From the NCBI GenBank assembly GCA_965224025.1, contig OZ245033.1, forward strand, positions 4,224,001 to 4,288,000: a DNA stretch of 64,000 nucleotides, read 5' to 3'. The translations under genes were made by a program, and so were the position numbers. Below are positions 41,775-52,078 of this stretch, piece by piece. The DNA comes from Candidatus Multivorans sp. Its GTDB lineage: Bacteria; Acidobacteriota; Thermoanaerobaculia; Multivoradales; Multivoraceae. Position 1 is the first letter of the stretch, and the number at the start of each line of letters is the position of its first letter. The notes under the pieces are model-generated. The model worked only from the letters and a program-made list of their open reading frames with translations. It made no database searches and was not told the origin of the DNA.

Positions 41775-42438
41775 CTTCGCCGGCCCGGTCGTTGCGGACA
41801 CCAGCGTCGTCATCAACTTGAACGCAACCGGGTGTTCGGAGGCCCTCCTGGCCGCACTACCGAACCAGGTTCTCATTGCAGAGCAGGTTATGTGGGAGTT
41901 GCAGGACCAGCGGAGCCGCCAGTACGCGGACGCAGAAATGCTCTCAAACCTCGTCGACCTCGATCTCGTCAGGGTGATGGCCCTTGGGGAAACCGCCCAC
42001 GAGATCTGGGCCGAGCTAGTCAGCGGGTCGGCAGCCACGACGCTAGATGACGGCGAGGCCGCCACGATTGCCGCAGCGATCGAACGGGGCGGCCTCGCAC
42101 TCATCGATAAGCGAAAGGCCCTGCGAATATGCGCGTCGCGGTTCGAGGAAGTCGGCACGGGCACCATCGTCGATCTACTGCGGCATCCACAGATACAGGG
42201 AACCCTCCCGAGGGAGGAACTCGCTGACGCAGTCTTCAATGCCGCCTACAGGGCCCGCATGCGAGTCCAGCACCACCATGCCGAATGGTTACTGGATCTG
42301 ATCGGCCGCGAGCGAGCCGCGTTGTGCAGTTCCCTCAGGAGGATCCTGCGTGCCACCAAGTACGCCGAACCACTACCGCCGAGCGAAGTTCACGAAGCGC
42401 GTGTGCAGTACGGCTTCGACGATGCTCCAACGGGATAG
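41749..42438 (+). CDS. PIN-domain protein
   Basis: VVADTSVVINL, LDDGEAATIA, LIDKRKA; overlaps the upstream gene. Confidence 0.8.
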   Translation: MPPRHFLHSFAGPVVADTSVVINLNATGCSEALLAALPNQVLIAEQVMWELQDQRSRQYADAEMLSNLVDLDLVRVMALGETAHEIWAELVSGSAATTLDDGEAATIAAAIERGGLALIDKRKALRICASRFEEVGTGTIVDLLRHPQIQGTLPREELADAVFNAAYRARMRVQHHHAEWLLDLIGRERAALCSSLRRILRATKYAEPLPPSEVHEARVQYGFDDAPTG

Positions 42439-42466
42439 GCCCGACGCTCCCGCTACTTGCCCGCGG

Positions 42467-43708
42467 TCACGCCTTCACCGGATACCTACTCTCCACGTAC
42501 TCCGCCACGATCCGGGTGAACTGTTCCGACAGTTCCCCCGCGGTGCCGCGGAGCGTCGTGAACTGCCGGCCGTCGACGTAGACCGGGCAGGTCGGCGCTT
42601 CGCCGGTGCCGGGCAGCGAGATGCCGATGTCGGCGGCCTTCGACTCGCCCGGGCCGTTGACGACGCAGCCCATGACCGCGAGCTTCAGTTCCTCGACGCC
42701 CTCGTAGCGGCCGCGCCATTCGGGCATCCGGGCGTCGATGAAGTCCTCGACATGCAGGGCGAGTTCCTGGAATGTCGTGCTGGTCGTGCGGCCGCAGCCG
42801 GGGCAGGCGGTGACGCTGGGCGCGAAGGCGCGCAGTCCCAGCGCCTGCAGGAGCTCCCGGCAGGCGTGGACCTCCTCGCGGCGGTCGCCGCCGGGGCGCG
42901 GGGTCAGGGAAACGCGGATCGTGTCACCAATGCCCTCGGCCAGCAGGACGGACATCGCCGATGACGACCACACCAGGCCCTTGAGCCCCATGCCGGCCTC
43001 GGTCAGGCCGAGGTGAAGCGGCTGCGCCGTCCGGCTAGCCAGATCGCGGTAGACGCCGATCAGGTCCCGCGGCGAGGACATCTTGCACGAGATGACGATC
43101 TGCTCCTCGGTCAGGCCGCATTCGAGCGCCAGCTCGGTCGAGCGGAGAGCCGACAGCACCATGCACTCGCCGACGATCTCCTCCGATGTCTTGCCGAGGG
43201 CGCGCTCGGTGTTCTCCTCCATCTTCGCCACCAGCAGGTCCTGGTCGAGCGAACCGCCGTTGACTCCGATCCGCACCGGCTTGCCGAGTTTCCTCGCCAC
43301 CTCGCAGATCGCCGCGAACTGCGGGTCGCGACGGCCGCCCCGGCCGACGTTGCCGGGGTTGATCCGCAGCTTCGCCAGCGCCCGTGCACAGGCGGGATGC
43401 CGCTCGAGAAGCACATGGCCGTTGTAGTGGAAGTCACCGACCAAGGGCACGTCGCAGCCTTCCGCGTCGAGCCGCGACCGGATCTCAGGCACCGCGACCG
43501 CCGCCGCGTCAACGTTGACCGTGATCCGCACCAACTCCGAGCCGGCCTCCGCCAGCGCCAGCGCCTGGGCGGTCGTGGCGTCGACGTCCGCGGTGTCGGT
43601 GCTGGTCATCGACTGCACGACGACCGGCGCCCCGCCGCCGACGACCACGCCGCCGATGTCGACCGGGTGGGTCCGGCTACGGTGGGGTTCCTGACCGCCT
43701 GTCGTCAT
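42467..43708 (-). CDS. ispG: (E)-4-hydroxy-3-methylbut-2-enyl diphosphate synthase
   Basis: [47 protein letters not shown]. Confidence 0.97.
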   Translation of the reverse strand: MTTGGQEPHRSRTHPVDIGGVVVGGGAPVVVQSMTSTDTADVDATTAQALALAEAGSELVRITVNVDAAAVAVPEIRSRLDAEGCDVPLVGDFHYNGHVLLERHPACARALAKLRINPGNVGRGGRRDPQFAAICEVARKLGKPVRIGVNGGSLDQDLLVAKMEENTERALGKTSEEIVGECMVLSALRSTELALECGLTEEQIVISCKMSSPRDLIGVYRDLASRTAQPLHLGLTEAGMGLKGLVWSSSAMSVLLAEGIGDTIRVSLTPRPGGDRREEVHACRELLQALGLRAFAPSVTACPGCGRTTSTTFQELALHVEDFIDARMPEWRGRYEGVEELKLAVMGCVVNGPGESKAADIGISLPGTGEAPTCPVYVDGRQFTTLRGTAGELSEQFTRIVAEYVESRYPVKA

Positions 43709-43787
43709 CAACGAGGCGGCCCGGGCAACCGGGTCAGCGACGCACTCGCCGACCGGCCGCGCTCCGCCTCTCGCGGCGCGGTTCGCT

Positions 43788-43880
43788 TCACGCCAGCTTC
43801 AGGCCGGTAGCCGCAAACCGGCTGAAGTCGCCTCTGTTGGACGTTGCGATAGCCGCGCCGTCCGTATCCAGATGAATCAC
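43788..43880 (-). pseudogene. VapC/PIN toxin collapsed to 30 codons
   Basis: (M)IHLDT joined in frame to [24 protein letters not shown], i.e. the first and last motifs of a PIN domain. Confidence 0.75.
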
Positions 43881-43885
43881 CGTGG

Positions 43886-44161
43886 CTAGGAGGCGCGCCG
43901 TTGGCCGGCCGCCTGCCGCCCGGACTCCACATCTCGCGCCCACTGCTCGAGATCGACATTGCGCGCGCGCAGCGACGCCTGAAGCTGGTCCAAGGCTGCT
44001 ACCGCGTCTTCACACTGAGCGGGCTGCCGGCGAGCTTCATTCCGGATCGCTCGGCGCAACGCCTCCGTTCTTGGAACCTGCAACTGACGGGCCAGATCCT
44101 CGGGCGCACGCACGGACTCGACGTCGAGCGAGTAGGTCGACTTGATTGTCACGGTGGCCAT
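43886..44161 (-). CDS. CopG/ribbon-helix-helix antitoxin-like protein, possibly decayed
   Basis: IKSTYSLDVESVR..EDLARQL.V..TEALRRAIR; immediately upstream of the PIN remnant. Confidence 0.7.
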   Translation of the reverse strand: MATVTIKSTYSLDVESVRAPEDLARQLQVPRTEALRRAIRNEARRQPAQCEDAVAALDQLQASLRARNVDLEQWARDVESGRQAAGQRRAS

Positions 44162-44179
44162 ATGAGGAGTATGGCCGTA

Positions 44180-44217
44180 ACTCTCCGTGGCCGTCAAGAC
44201 TCTCCGTGGCCGTCAAG
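44180..44217. repeat. 19-bp tandem duplication covering the antitoxin -35 region
   Basis: ACTCTCCGTGGCCGTCAAG x2; on the - strand TTGACG-18 bp-CATACT precedes the ATG at 44161. Confidence 0.8.
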
Positions 44218-44251
44218 CCGAATCCAACGCTGCGTTCTGGCCGCGTTTCCC

Positions 44252-44469
44252 TGCCGCTCGAGAAGCACATGGCCGTTGCAGTGGAAGTCACCGACCAGGG
44301 GCACGTCGCAGCCCTCCGCGTCGAGTCTGGCGCGAATCTCCGGCACCCCGACAGCCGCCGCGTCGACGTTCACGGTGATCCGAACCGGCTCCGAGCCGGC
44401 CTCCGCCAGCGCCAGCGCCTGGGCGGTCGTGGCGTCGACGGCCGCGGTGCCGGTGCTGGTCATCGACTG
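44252..44469 (-). pseudogene. Diverged 218-bp copy of the ispG 5' region
   Basis: Colinear with 43398-43615 with both synonymous and missense differences. Confidence 0.92.
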
Positions 44470-44780
44470 GCCGGGTCATCCCCGATGGAGTAGTGACGCT
44501 CCATCCGATGGTCGAACTGGACAGGCTGCATGACGGTGACGGCGAGCCAGCCGATGTGCATCTCCAACTGGAGGAAGACGAGTTCCGCACCTGGAGTTGG
44601 TAGCCGGTGATCGGAACCGACGACGTCGGCACCGTCCATCCCAGGCTCTGGTTCGTCACGTTGACAGAGCCGGTCAGCGACGGCGCTCCCGGCTCAGCCG
44701 GAGGAAGCACTGTCGCACTGAACGAATCCGAGGCTGTGGCGCTAGCGCTATCCGTCACAGTGTAGGTAATCTCCCGGTCC
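44470..44780 (-). pseudogene. Ig-like/fibronectin type III adhesin fragment
   Basis: ITYTVTDS..ATASDSF..TV, P.AP.LT.....L.WT.P.....ITGYQLQ.R; Ser/Thr-rich. Confidence 0.6.
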
Positions 44781-45214
44781 ATCTCCTTCTTCACGTCGGA
44801 GCAGACTCCTTCACGAACGCGAAGGCCCCGCCGAACGCAGCACTCAGATCGACGATGGCTTGCCCAGAATCGGTAGCCAAAAATCCGATGTCTCGGGAGA
44901 GTCCAGGTGATAATCATCCTGTCCCCTCGGCAGTACGACGCCTTGGGCGGCATGGTCATCTCTTGAATACCGACTTCTTCCAGCGACCCGAACCTCTTCA
45001 GGAAGCCGTTGCGCGATCACTCAAGAGCTGCTCTGAGGTCGGGATGAATGCTCTCCGATATCGAGCCGTCCGGCTTCAGGGCTACGGACGCGGAGGTCCG
45101 GTCGTTGCCCCATTCCCATTGTCCGATTGTCTGCGGATGGTCCTGGCCGGATAGCGGCATCGCCAGCGCGATCAACGCTCCGAGCGCAACTGAGGTCGTC
45201 CTTCTTCTTCCCAT
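44781..45214 (-). pseudogene. Secreted hypothetical protein with an in-frame TGA
   Basis: GGAGGAG RBS; signal peptide MGRRRTTSVALGALIALAMPLSG; TGA at 45017-45019 with the frame open afterwards. Confidence 0.5.
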
Positions 45215-45434
45215 ACGCTCCTCCACGGTGGTTGGGTTCGAGCCGTTCTGAATCTCATCGATGCCACCAAGCACTGGCCCCATGCGGCTCCGGCCGTCCG
45301 GGATTGGGATCGCTCGCAGGTCCATTGGACCACTAGGCTGTGTACGCTCAGGTACGTTCTCGCCGGTCCAGGGACAGTCTGGAACTTCCCAGTAGTCAGC
45401 CCAACACCCGCCACAGATCCTTGGAGGAGGAGGC

Positions 45435-45584
45435 GAGCCCTCGTCGCAGTCGATCCGTAACTGGGTGGCCCAAGCGGACCGTGATGCCGGCCGGCGCGGC
45501 GACGGCATGGCCAGCGCGGAGCGCGAGGAGTTGCGCCGGCTGCGGCGCGAGAACCGTCGGTTGCGCGAGGAGCGGGAGATCCTG
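45435..45584 (+). mobile_element. IS3-family OrfA remnant
   Basis: EPSSQSIRNWVAQADRDAG...EREELRRLRRENRRLREEREIL. Confidence 0.85.
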
Positions 45585-45636
45585 GTCCCGTCACCCGAAT
45601 AGACGCCACTTCACTGGCTGCTAGGATGCGCGCTCC

Positions 45637-48600
45637 ATGCGCCGTGCGACCGCCAAGGAGAATCGCGCGCCGCAGGGGAAGCGCGGTCCAGTCGGTTGGA
45701 TGCCGGCGGCGCACGTCATCGGCCTATGGGCTTTTGCCGTGGCCCAACCGATTCTTGATCTGATCGGCAGAGAACCGGGCTTCCTACTGGCCCACCGTCT
45801 GACCGGGCTTCCGCTCACCGGCCTAGCTCTTGGATTGGCCCTCGGAGTGCCGTTGCTACTGGTGACGCCACTGGCCTTTCCAACCTTCCGCGGCAACCGC
45901 GCCGGGCGCCTTTGGGCAGACGGAACTAGGACGATCCTGGCCGGGACGTTCATTCTCCAACTGCTCCACTGGCTACCGGGCGCAGCGGCTCTGATCCTGG
46001 CTATCGCCGGCGGCGCGACCTTGGTCTTGGGCCTGCGGCGATACCAGGGATTCTCCACTCTCTTCGCCATCACGGCGGTGGCGGCGGTCGTCGCGCCGAT
46101 CGTATTCCTGCTCAGGCCGGGTGTTCGCGGGCTCCTCCCGACAACTTCCGAGAGCAACTACGAGCCTGTCGCGGCTATAGCCGAAGCGCCTGAGATCAAG
46201 GCCGATGTGCCGATCGTCTTCCTCGTCTTCGACGAGTTGCCGACAAGTTCGCTTCAACTGCCCAACGGCTCGATCAACGAGCATCGCTATCCTTCCTTCG
46301 CCCGCCTTGCGGCCAGTTCCGATTGGTACCCGCGAGCCACGACTACGGCCATTCAGACCGACAGGGCCATCCCCTCATTGCTAACCGGCAACCTGCCGCA
46401 GCGGCAGGGGAGCGCGCACTATCGCGACCACCCCGCGAACCTCTTCACGTGGTTGGGGCAAGGCGGCTACAGGATCGTCGCGTACGAGGCGTTCGGACTT
46501 CTGTGTCCACCGGCCATCTGTGCCGGCCCACCGCTGACGAGCCCCTGGGAACGCCTCACCGCCGCAGCAGACGACCTCAGCGTCGTTTATGGCCACCTGC
46601 TGTTGCCACCGACGTTACGCACTGGCCTGCCGGACGTGAACCAGACCTGGACCGGGTTCCGCGACGCAGGTCGAGTCGGCGAAGATGTCACGGACACCGG
46701 TGGCAGGGGGTTACACCAAAACGTAACGCGTGTCGTCGAGAGCTTCCTTTCCCGGATTGAACACCACCGACGCGGCAGGCCGACGCTCTACTACCTCCAT
46801 GTGAACCTTCCCCATGTTCCCTGGCGATACCTTCCTTCAGGTCGAGAGTACGTCCCCATCGGAGCACCCGTCGTTCCCGCCGGCATCGACGCCTCACTAC
46901 TTCCGGCCAAGGAATGGCCAACCGTACAGGCGTTACAACGCCATCTGCTCCAAGTGGGATATGCCGACCGTGTGCTGGGCCAGATCCTCGATCGCCTCCG
47001 GAACACCGAACTCTATGATCGCGCCCTGATCGTCGCCACAGCCGATCATGGTTGTAGTTTCCGTCCCCGCGTACATCGGCGTGCGGTGACGGAAGCGAAC
47101 GTCGAGGACCAGTTGGAAGTACCGTTGTTCGTCAAACGCCCTGGACAAAGCGAGGGCACTATCCACAAACACGCCGTCAGGACGATCGACATCGTGCCAA
47201 CAATCGCCAGCACCCTCGGCGGTGCCGAGCCGCCGTGGGAAGTCGACGGCATGGACCTTGCGGACACATCGCCACGCGAGATCATCGCGTGCTGCTTTCC
47301 GCCGCCCGTACCTCCCTCGCGTAGCTTCCCTACTGATCCCGAACGCCGCCAGGAGACTCTCGATCGCCTCGACCGACTCTTTGGCGATGGTGCCGTCAAC
47401 GATTCGGATCCCCCGCCCCCCACGTCCGCAACTGGGATTCGTGGTGCACAACCAACCGCGGCGACACCCCTGGATTCGCCTGATCCCTTCGACGGTGTCT
47501 TCGCCGCTGGTCCGCGTCCGGATCTTCTCGGTAAGCCCGTCGCCGACTTCAGCAGCGACAACGACGACGAGGAATCCGCCCCCTACCGCGCCCTGATCAC
47601 GGCACCACACTCCTACAACGACGTAAGGCCCGAGGGTGGCTTTGTACCGAGCCTTGTCACCGGACGGCTCGAGCCCGGGAGTGCCGACGGTACGAGACTG
47701 GCAGTCGCCGTGGATGGGATCGTGCGAGCCACGACCGAGACCTTCTCTAACCGCGGAGTCAGCCAGTTTTCGGCGCTGGTCCAAGAGCGGTGGCTGACTG
47801 CCGGTAGCCGTCAGATCGGCGTTCATGCAATTGACGACGCACCAAGAGGCGATGGCAGAACGATACTGCGACGGTTGTCGGGCATCGAGTCGCCGCCACG
47901 CCTCTTGACCGAGAACGGCAGGGTCCAGGGCGTGGCCCTGCCCGGGGACGAGTTGATCCGGCGAGTCGACGGTCTCTTCAGGATGAACGTCGAGGTTGAC
48001 CGCACCAGTTTCCGTGGCTTCCTGATCCACGCTCCTGACGAGCCGCCCCCGGCACTGGACGAGTTCTTCTTGTTCGACGGTTCCATACTCCTCTTTCGAG
48101 GCGTGGACGACCAGGTTCAGCGCCACGAGAGAACACGCGGCGATGGTCAGATCGAAATCACGTTCCGAATCTTCATTCCGGCAGCGATTGCCGAGCGGGC
48201 CGACTCTCTTCGCCTGCTGGCCAGGAGCGGCGATCAGTTGCAGGATGTCTCCCCGTCAACGAATTTGCCAGGGATGTTTGAACTCTCCTGGAACGATCAG
48301 GACAGGGTCGATGTGCTGCTTCGTCGGCCGTGGAACCTCTTCGACGCCGAGCCCGAACGGATCGAAATCGTCTCAAGCCGCGATGGGATCGTCGGCTTCC
48401 TTGGCGCTCAAAGCGAAGACCGTGCGACTGTCCCAGGCTGGGTGACCGATCTCAAGAATCCGGGAAGCACTCTCGAGGTAGTCGCGTTCCTCGCTGGCCG
48501 CCAGATCTGGATCGACAACGTGAAGTTCCCGAGACGCGATGTAGTGAGGCGTTATGGCCCTGAGCACCGTGTCAGTGGATTCAAGCTCTTTGACAACTTA

Positions 48601-49179
48601 CGCCTGGTGGCAGGCTCGCGCAATGAACTGACGGAGGAGGACATCGACGCGCTCCGCCGAGAGGGCGTCCTCGTCTACGCCGTCTCGCCCCGGGGAATCG
48701 CCACTCGAGTGCGCTTCCAGTACCGCCCTCTCCTAAGCCGGACGAGGAACCTTGAAACGCTCCCCGTCACCGACGGCCGCCTGCTCAACGTGCGACTTCC
48801 AGGCGACGGTTTCGACGGTGCGATCGACCTGGTCGCCAAGCAGGTAAACCGTACGCTGATCGAGGGCTGGGCCGCCGATCTCGAGCGAGGGGAGGGGCCA
48901 CGCCAGATCGCCCTCTACCGGGACGGGAGGTTCCTCGCCAGCGTCGGTGCGAATCGGGAACGTCCCGACATCGTCGAACACCACGGAGACGAACGACTAC
49001 TGCGTACGGGTTTCCGCGGGCGGATACCTGGAGCGCTGGAACCGGAGGAGTTCGCCGACCGCCACCGGGTATTCGCGATCATGCTCCGAGGCGCTGCAGT
49101 AGAACTGCAACTGCAAACAGGCGCCGTCGCAACGAATCCGGGCTCGGGGGGTGCCAATGGGACTCCACAACCGAAGTAA
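45637..49179 (+). CDS. Membrane-anchored sulfatase-like/LtaS-like transferase with a long C-terminal extension
   Basis: N-terminal TMs; FLVFDEL, Thr at the nucleophile position (QTDRAIPSLLTG), LHVNLPHVPW, TADHG, VPLFVK.PG, TIDIVPTI. Confidence 0.85.
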   Translation: MRRATAKENRAPQGKRGPVGWMPAAHVIGLWAFAVAQPILDLIGREPGFLLAHRLTGLPLTGLALGLALGVPLLLVTPLAFPTFRGNRAGRLWADGTRTILAGTFILQLLHWLPGAAALILAIAGGATLVLGLRRYQGFSTLFAITAVAAVVAPIVFLLRPGVRGLLPTTSESNYEPVAAIAEAPEIKADVPIVFLVFDELPTSSLQLPNGSINEHRYPSFARLAASSDWYPRATTTAIQTDRAIPSLLTGNLPQRQGSAHYRDHPANLFTWLGQGGYRIVAYEAFGLLCPPAICAGPPLTSPWERLTAAADDLSVVYGHLLLPPTLRTGLPDVNQTWTGFRDAGRVGEDVTDTGGRGLHQNVTRVVESFLSRIEHHRRGRPTLYYLHVNLPHVPWRYLPSGREYVPIGAPVVPAGIDASLLPAKEWPTVQALQRHLLQVGYADRVLGQILDRLRNTELYDRALIVATADHGCSFRPRVHRRAVTEANVEDQLEVPLFVKRPGQSEGTIHKHAVRTIDIVPTIASTLGGAEPPWEVDGMDLADTSPREIIACCFPPPVPPSRSFPTDPERRQETLDRLDRLFGDGAVNDSDPPPPTSATGIRGAQPTAATPLDSPDPFDGVFAAGPRPDLLGKPVADFSSDNDDEESAPYRALITAPHSYNDVRPEGGFVPSLVTGRLEPGSADGTRLAVAVDGIVRATTETFSNRGVSQFSALVQERWLTAGSRQIGVHAIDDAPRGDGRTILRRLSGIESPPRLLTENGRVQGVALPGDELIRRVDGLFRMNVEVDRTSFRGFLIHAPDEPPPALDEFFLFDGSILLFRGVDDQVQRHERTRGDGQIEITFRIFIPAAIAERADSLRLLARSGDQLQDVSPSTNLPGMFELSWNDQDRVDVLLRRPWNLFDAEPERIEIVSSRDGIVGFLGAQSEDRATVPGWVTDLKNPGSTLEVVAFLAGRQIWIDNVKFPRRDVVRRYGPEHRVSGFKLFDNLRLVAGSRNELTEEDIDALRREGVLVYAVSPRGIATRVRFQYRPLLSRTRNLETLPVTDGRLLNVRLPGDGFDGAIDLVAKQVNRTLIEGWAADLERGEGPRQIALYRDGRFLASVGANRERPDIVEHHGDERLLRTGFRGRIPGALEPEEFADRHRVFAIMLRGAAVELQLQTGAVATNPGSGGANGTPQPK

Positions 49180-49190
49180 CACGCTTCCGC

Positions 49191-51626
49191 ATGCCAGATC
49201 ACCCTTCCTCGCGCCCCCGCGCCAGCTCTCACCCGCTCGCTGACCCAAGTCGGCCTGGGCATCAGCGTCAGCTTCTCGGCTGGATGGTCTTTGCTCTGTT
49301 CGGGATCTGGTTCGCTTGGGGCGCGATTTCGACCTTCGCCCGCTGGATCCAATTCGAGGACCAACTGATTGTCCTGCGCTATGCCAGGAATCTCGTTGAG
49401 GGGAATGGTCTCGTCTACAACTTCGGCGAGCGAGTCCAAGGATTCACCACGCCCCTCTTTACGCTGCTCAGCGCGGTCCCCGCAGCTATTGGCGGTGAAC
49501 ACGCACCGGCCTGGCAAAACACGTTCGGCGTGTTCTGCATCATCGGTACGTCAGCGATGGCGGTCAGACTGCTCCTCCGGGCCGCCGCCGGAGCAGCGGC
49601 GCCTCTGGCCGTCGCGCTGATTGCGTTCTTCTCTCTCGAGGGGGAGACGGCACTCTACCTGGGCATGGAGGTGCATCTCTTCGCCTTCCTGCTCCTACTG
49701 GCGTTGGATCTGCATCTCAGGGGTCGGCCTACGCTCGCCGCCGTCGTCTCTGGACTTCTCTTCCTGACCAGACCCGAGGGTGCCCTACTTACCGTGATAC
49801 TCCTCAGTCACAACTGGTTCACGACGCAGCGACTGCCACTGCGAGAGGCTATCGCGGCACTCGCCACGGTCGCACCGTGGCTGCTCTTCGCCGGCTTCTA
49901 CTACGGGAGCCCGGTGACGTCGACTCTTCAGGCGAAACTGGGCCTCAACTCCCCGTGGGACTACGCGGTTGGCTTCGCCGCCTTTCAGGCTCAGCAGGCT
50001 CGAGGCTTTGTCGAGATCTACACTGGACCACTTCCTTCGACGGGCATCTTCGTCGCCAGCCTCTTGCTCCTGCCTCTGGCTGCGGTGGCCATCGGCGCCG
50101 TTGTCCTCATGAGACGGCGTCCGGAGTTCTGGCCTCTGTTGGCCTTTCCGCTTGTCTGGTTTGCCGGCTTTGCCGCCATCGGGCCGCCAGTGGAGCACAA
50201 GTGGCACTACTTCTTCATCAACAGCTTGGCGGCCGTTCTGATCTCCGCCGGCCTCCACGCCACCCTCCTGAGGATTACCAGACTCGCTGCCGACAACATC
50301 CCGGTCATCCGTCGCTTGAGCGCTCTAGGCCCACTCGTGGGACGACGAAGCGGTCACGCGGCAGTCGCCGCTGTCGGAGTTTGGTTAGTGACGCTGCCCC
50401 TTCTTCTCTCCACCGGCAATCGGCTTGCGGCCGCCCCCAAGACCGCCCCGCAGCAAGCTGATCCGCGGGCCGCACCGGGTCCCTGGCTCCGTGAGCGGTA
50501 CGACAGATCCACATCAATCCTGGCCCGCGAGATCGGTTTCCTAGGCTGGCAAAGTCGGCTTCGCATCATCGACGGTGCCGGTCTTGTCACTCCAGGACTT
50601 CGTTGGGACACAGCGCGAATCGAGATCCTCGAGCGATACATGCCTGACCTGGTGTTGCTGCAAGCAGCCGCCGACCAACCGCGCGACCGCCCCTGGATGT
50701 ACCGTCGGATAGAGAACTTCAGCGGATCCGCCGATTACAATCTCTACTCGCGGGTCGACCCACCGTTTCTCTACGAGCCGCTACGTGACCCCGGCGGTCC
50801 GATCAACGGCCTTCTTCGACGTCCCGTCGACGACGCGACGGTGGTGCCCACACGGACTTCTGTGGTCAGATCACAAGAGATCAGGGGAATCCTGGACACG
50901 ACCACAATCGAGTCGCTCACACCAAGAACCGATCTCGCCGATGTCACTCTCAGCGGATGGGCGATCGACACGGCCAGCACTGCAACGGTAGACACCGTGG
51001 TTGCGGTCATCGATGGCGGGAACATCGCCAGCACGACCGTAGCTCTTCCTCGGCGGCCTGATGTCGCAGGTCTCCTGGGGCGCGAGTTCGAGTACAGCGG
51101 CTTCGTTCTCAGAGCCAAGGCGGACAGGGAGCAGATCGAACGCGACGGAGTCGCGGTCTATGCGGTGTCCAACCGGGGCCTTGCCATTCGGCTTCCTTTC
51201 AGTTACTTGGCGCTTGCCGGTACCGGCAACAACGAAGTCCTGTCTACGACCGACGGCCGTCGCCTTGCCGTGCAACCCACCGGCCGCGACCTCTTCGAGG
51301 GAGCGATCGATCTTGTCAGCAAGCCGGGGAGCCGCACGCTGATCGAGGGATGGGCCGCAGATCTTCAACGTGGAGAGCGGCCTCGCCAGATCGTCGTCTA
51401 TCGCGAAGGCCAGTACCTGTTCGCCATGGGCGCCAATCGCGAACGTCCGGACGTTGCCGAACATCACGCCGACCCACGTCTGCTCCGCACTGGTTTCCGC
51501 GGCGCCGTACCGGGAGCACCCGAGCCGGCGACTTTCGCCAAGCGCCATCGCGTGTTCGCGCTGATGGCGCGTGGCGCCGCTGTCGAGTTGCGGATCAACG
51601 GACCGGAAACGGCGCCCGGCAACTAG
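49191..51626 (+). CDS. GT-C fold glycosyltransferase (AftB-like) with C-terminal periplasmic domains
   Basis: EDQLIVLRYARNLVEGNGLVYN.GERV.GFTTPL, GME, TRPEG; about 10 TMs. Confidence 0.8.
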   Translation: MPDHPSSRPRASSHPLADPSRPGHQRQLLGWMVFALFGIWFAWGAISTFARWIQFEDQLIVLRYARNLVEGNGLVYNFGERVQGFTTPLFTLLSAVPAAIGGEHAPAWQNTFGVFCIIGTSAMAVRLLLRAAAGAAAPLAVALIAFFSLEGETALYLGMEVHLFAFLLLLALDLHLRGRPTLAAVVSGLLFLTRPEGALLTVILLSHNWFTTQRLPLREAIAALATVAPWLLFAGFYYGSPVTSTLQAKLGLNSPWDYAVGFAAFQAQQARGFVEIYTGPLPSTGIFVASLLLLPLAAVAIGAVVLMRRRPEFWPLLAFPLVWFAGFAAIGPPVEHKWHYFFINSLAAVLISAGLHATLLRITRLAADNIPVIRRLSALGPLVGRRSGHAAVAAVGVWLVTLPLLLSTGNRLAAAPKTAPQQADPRAAPGPWLRERYDRSTSILAREIGFLGWQSRLRIIDGAGLVTPGLRWDTARIEILERYMPDLVLLQAAADQPRDRPWMYRRIENFSGSADYNLYSRVDPPFLYEPLRDPGGPINGLLRRPVDDATVVPTRTSVVRSQEIRGILDTTTIESLTPRTDLADVTLSGWAIDTASTATVDTVVAVIDGGNIASTTVALPRRPDVAGLLGREFEYSGFVLRAKADREQIERDGVAVYAVSNRGLAIRLPFSYLALAGTGNNEVLSTTDGRRLAVQPTGRDLFEGAIDLVSKPGSRTLIEGWAADLQRGERPRQIVVYREGQYLFAMGANRERPDVAEHHADPRLLRTGFRGAVPGAPEPATFAKRHRVFALMARGAAVELRINGPETAPGN

Positions 51627-51639
51627 CCGATCCGGTTCC

Positions 51640-52078
51640 ATGCACGTCACAACCACCCGCGGCAACGACGACGAGTCTCGGTCTCTCTTTCGCCGCGGGG
51701 AGTGGCTCCCCGCGGTACACTTGTTCGCTCTGTGGGCTTTCGCCGTCGCACAGCCGATCTTCGATCTGGTGGGGCGGGAGCCGGACTTCCTCGTCTCCCA
51801 TCCCACCTGACCGGCGAGTCACTTGCAGCCATGGTGAACGGACTCGCACTGGGAATCCCAACATTGCTGGCGACGCCGATCCTCCTGTCCGCGTTCCGCC
51901 GCAGCCGCGCCGCGTGATCCCTGCCGTGATCGCGCCGAGTCTCCTCGATGAATCACGTCTGGTTTCGGGCAGACGTAACGAACTGACGGTCGAAGATCTT
52001 GAGACGCTCCGGCGGGAGGGCGCTCTCGTTTACGCGGTCGAGCTGCCCTACCTTTCGCAGCCGGCTCCGCCTCCGTGA
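51640..52078 (+). pseudogene. Collapsed paralog of the 45637 sulfatase-like gene
   Basis: W.PA.H...LWAFAVAQPI.DL.GREP.FL; RLV.G.RNELT.ED...LRREG.LVYAV; terminal VEL. Confidence 0.88.

Noticed and set aside
44171-44217. Short direct repeats as a possible mini-CRISPR array
   Set aside because: Adjacent tandem copies without spacers, and no cas genes in the window.
45017-45019. In-frame TGA as a possible selenocysteine or readthrough codon
   Set aside because: No redox motif context and the gene sits among decayed fragments; a nonsense mutation is the simpler explanation.
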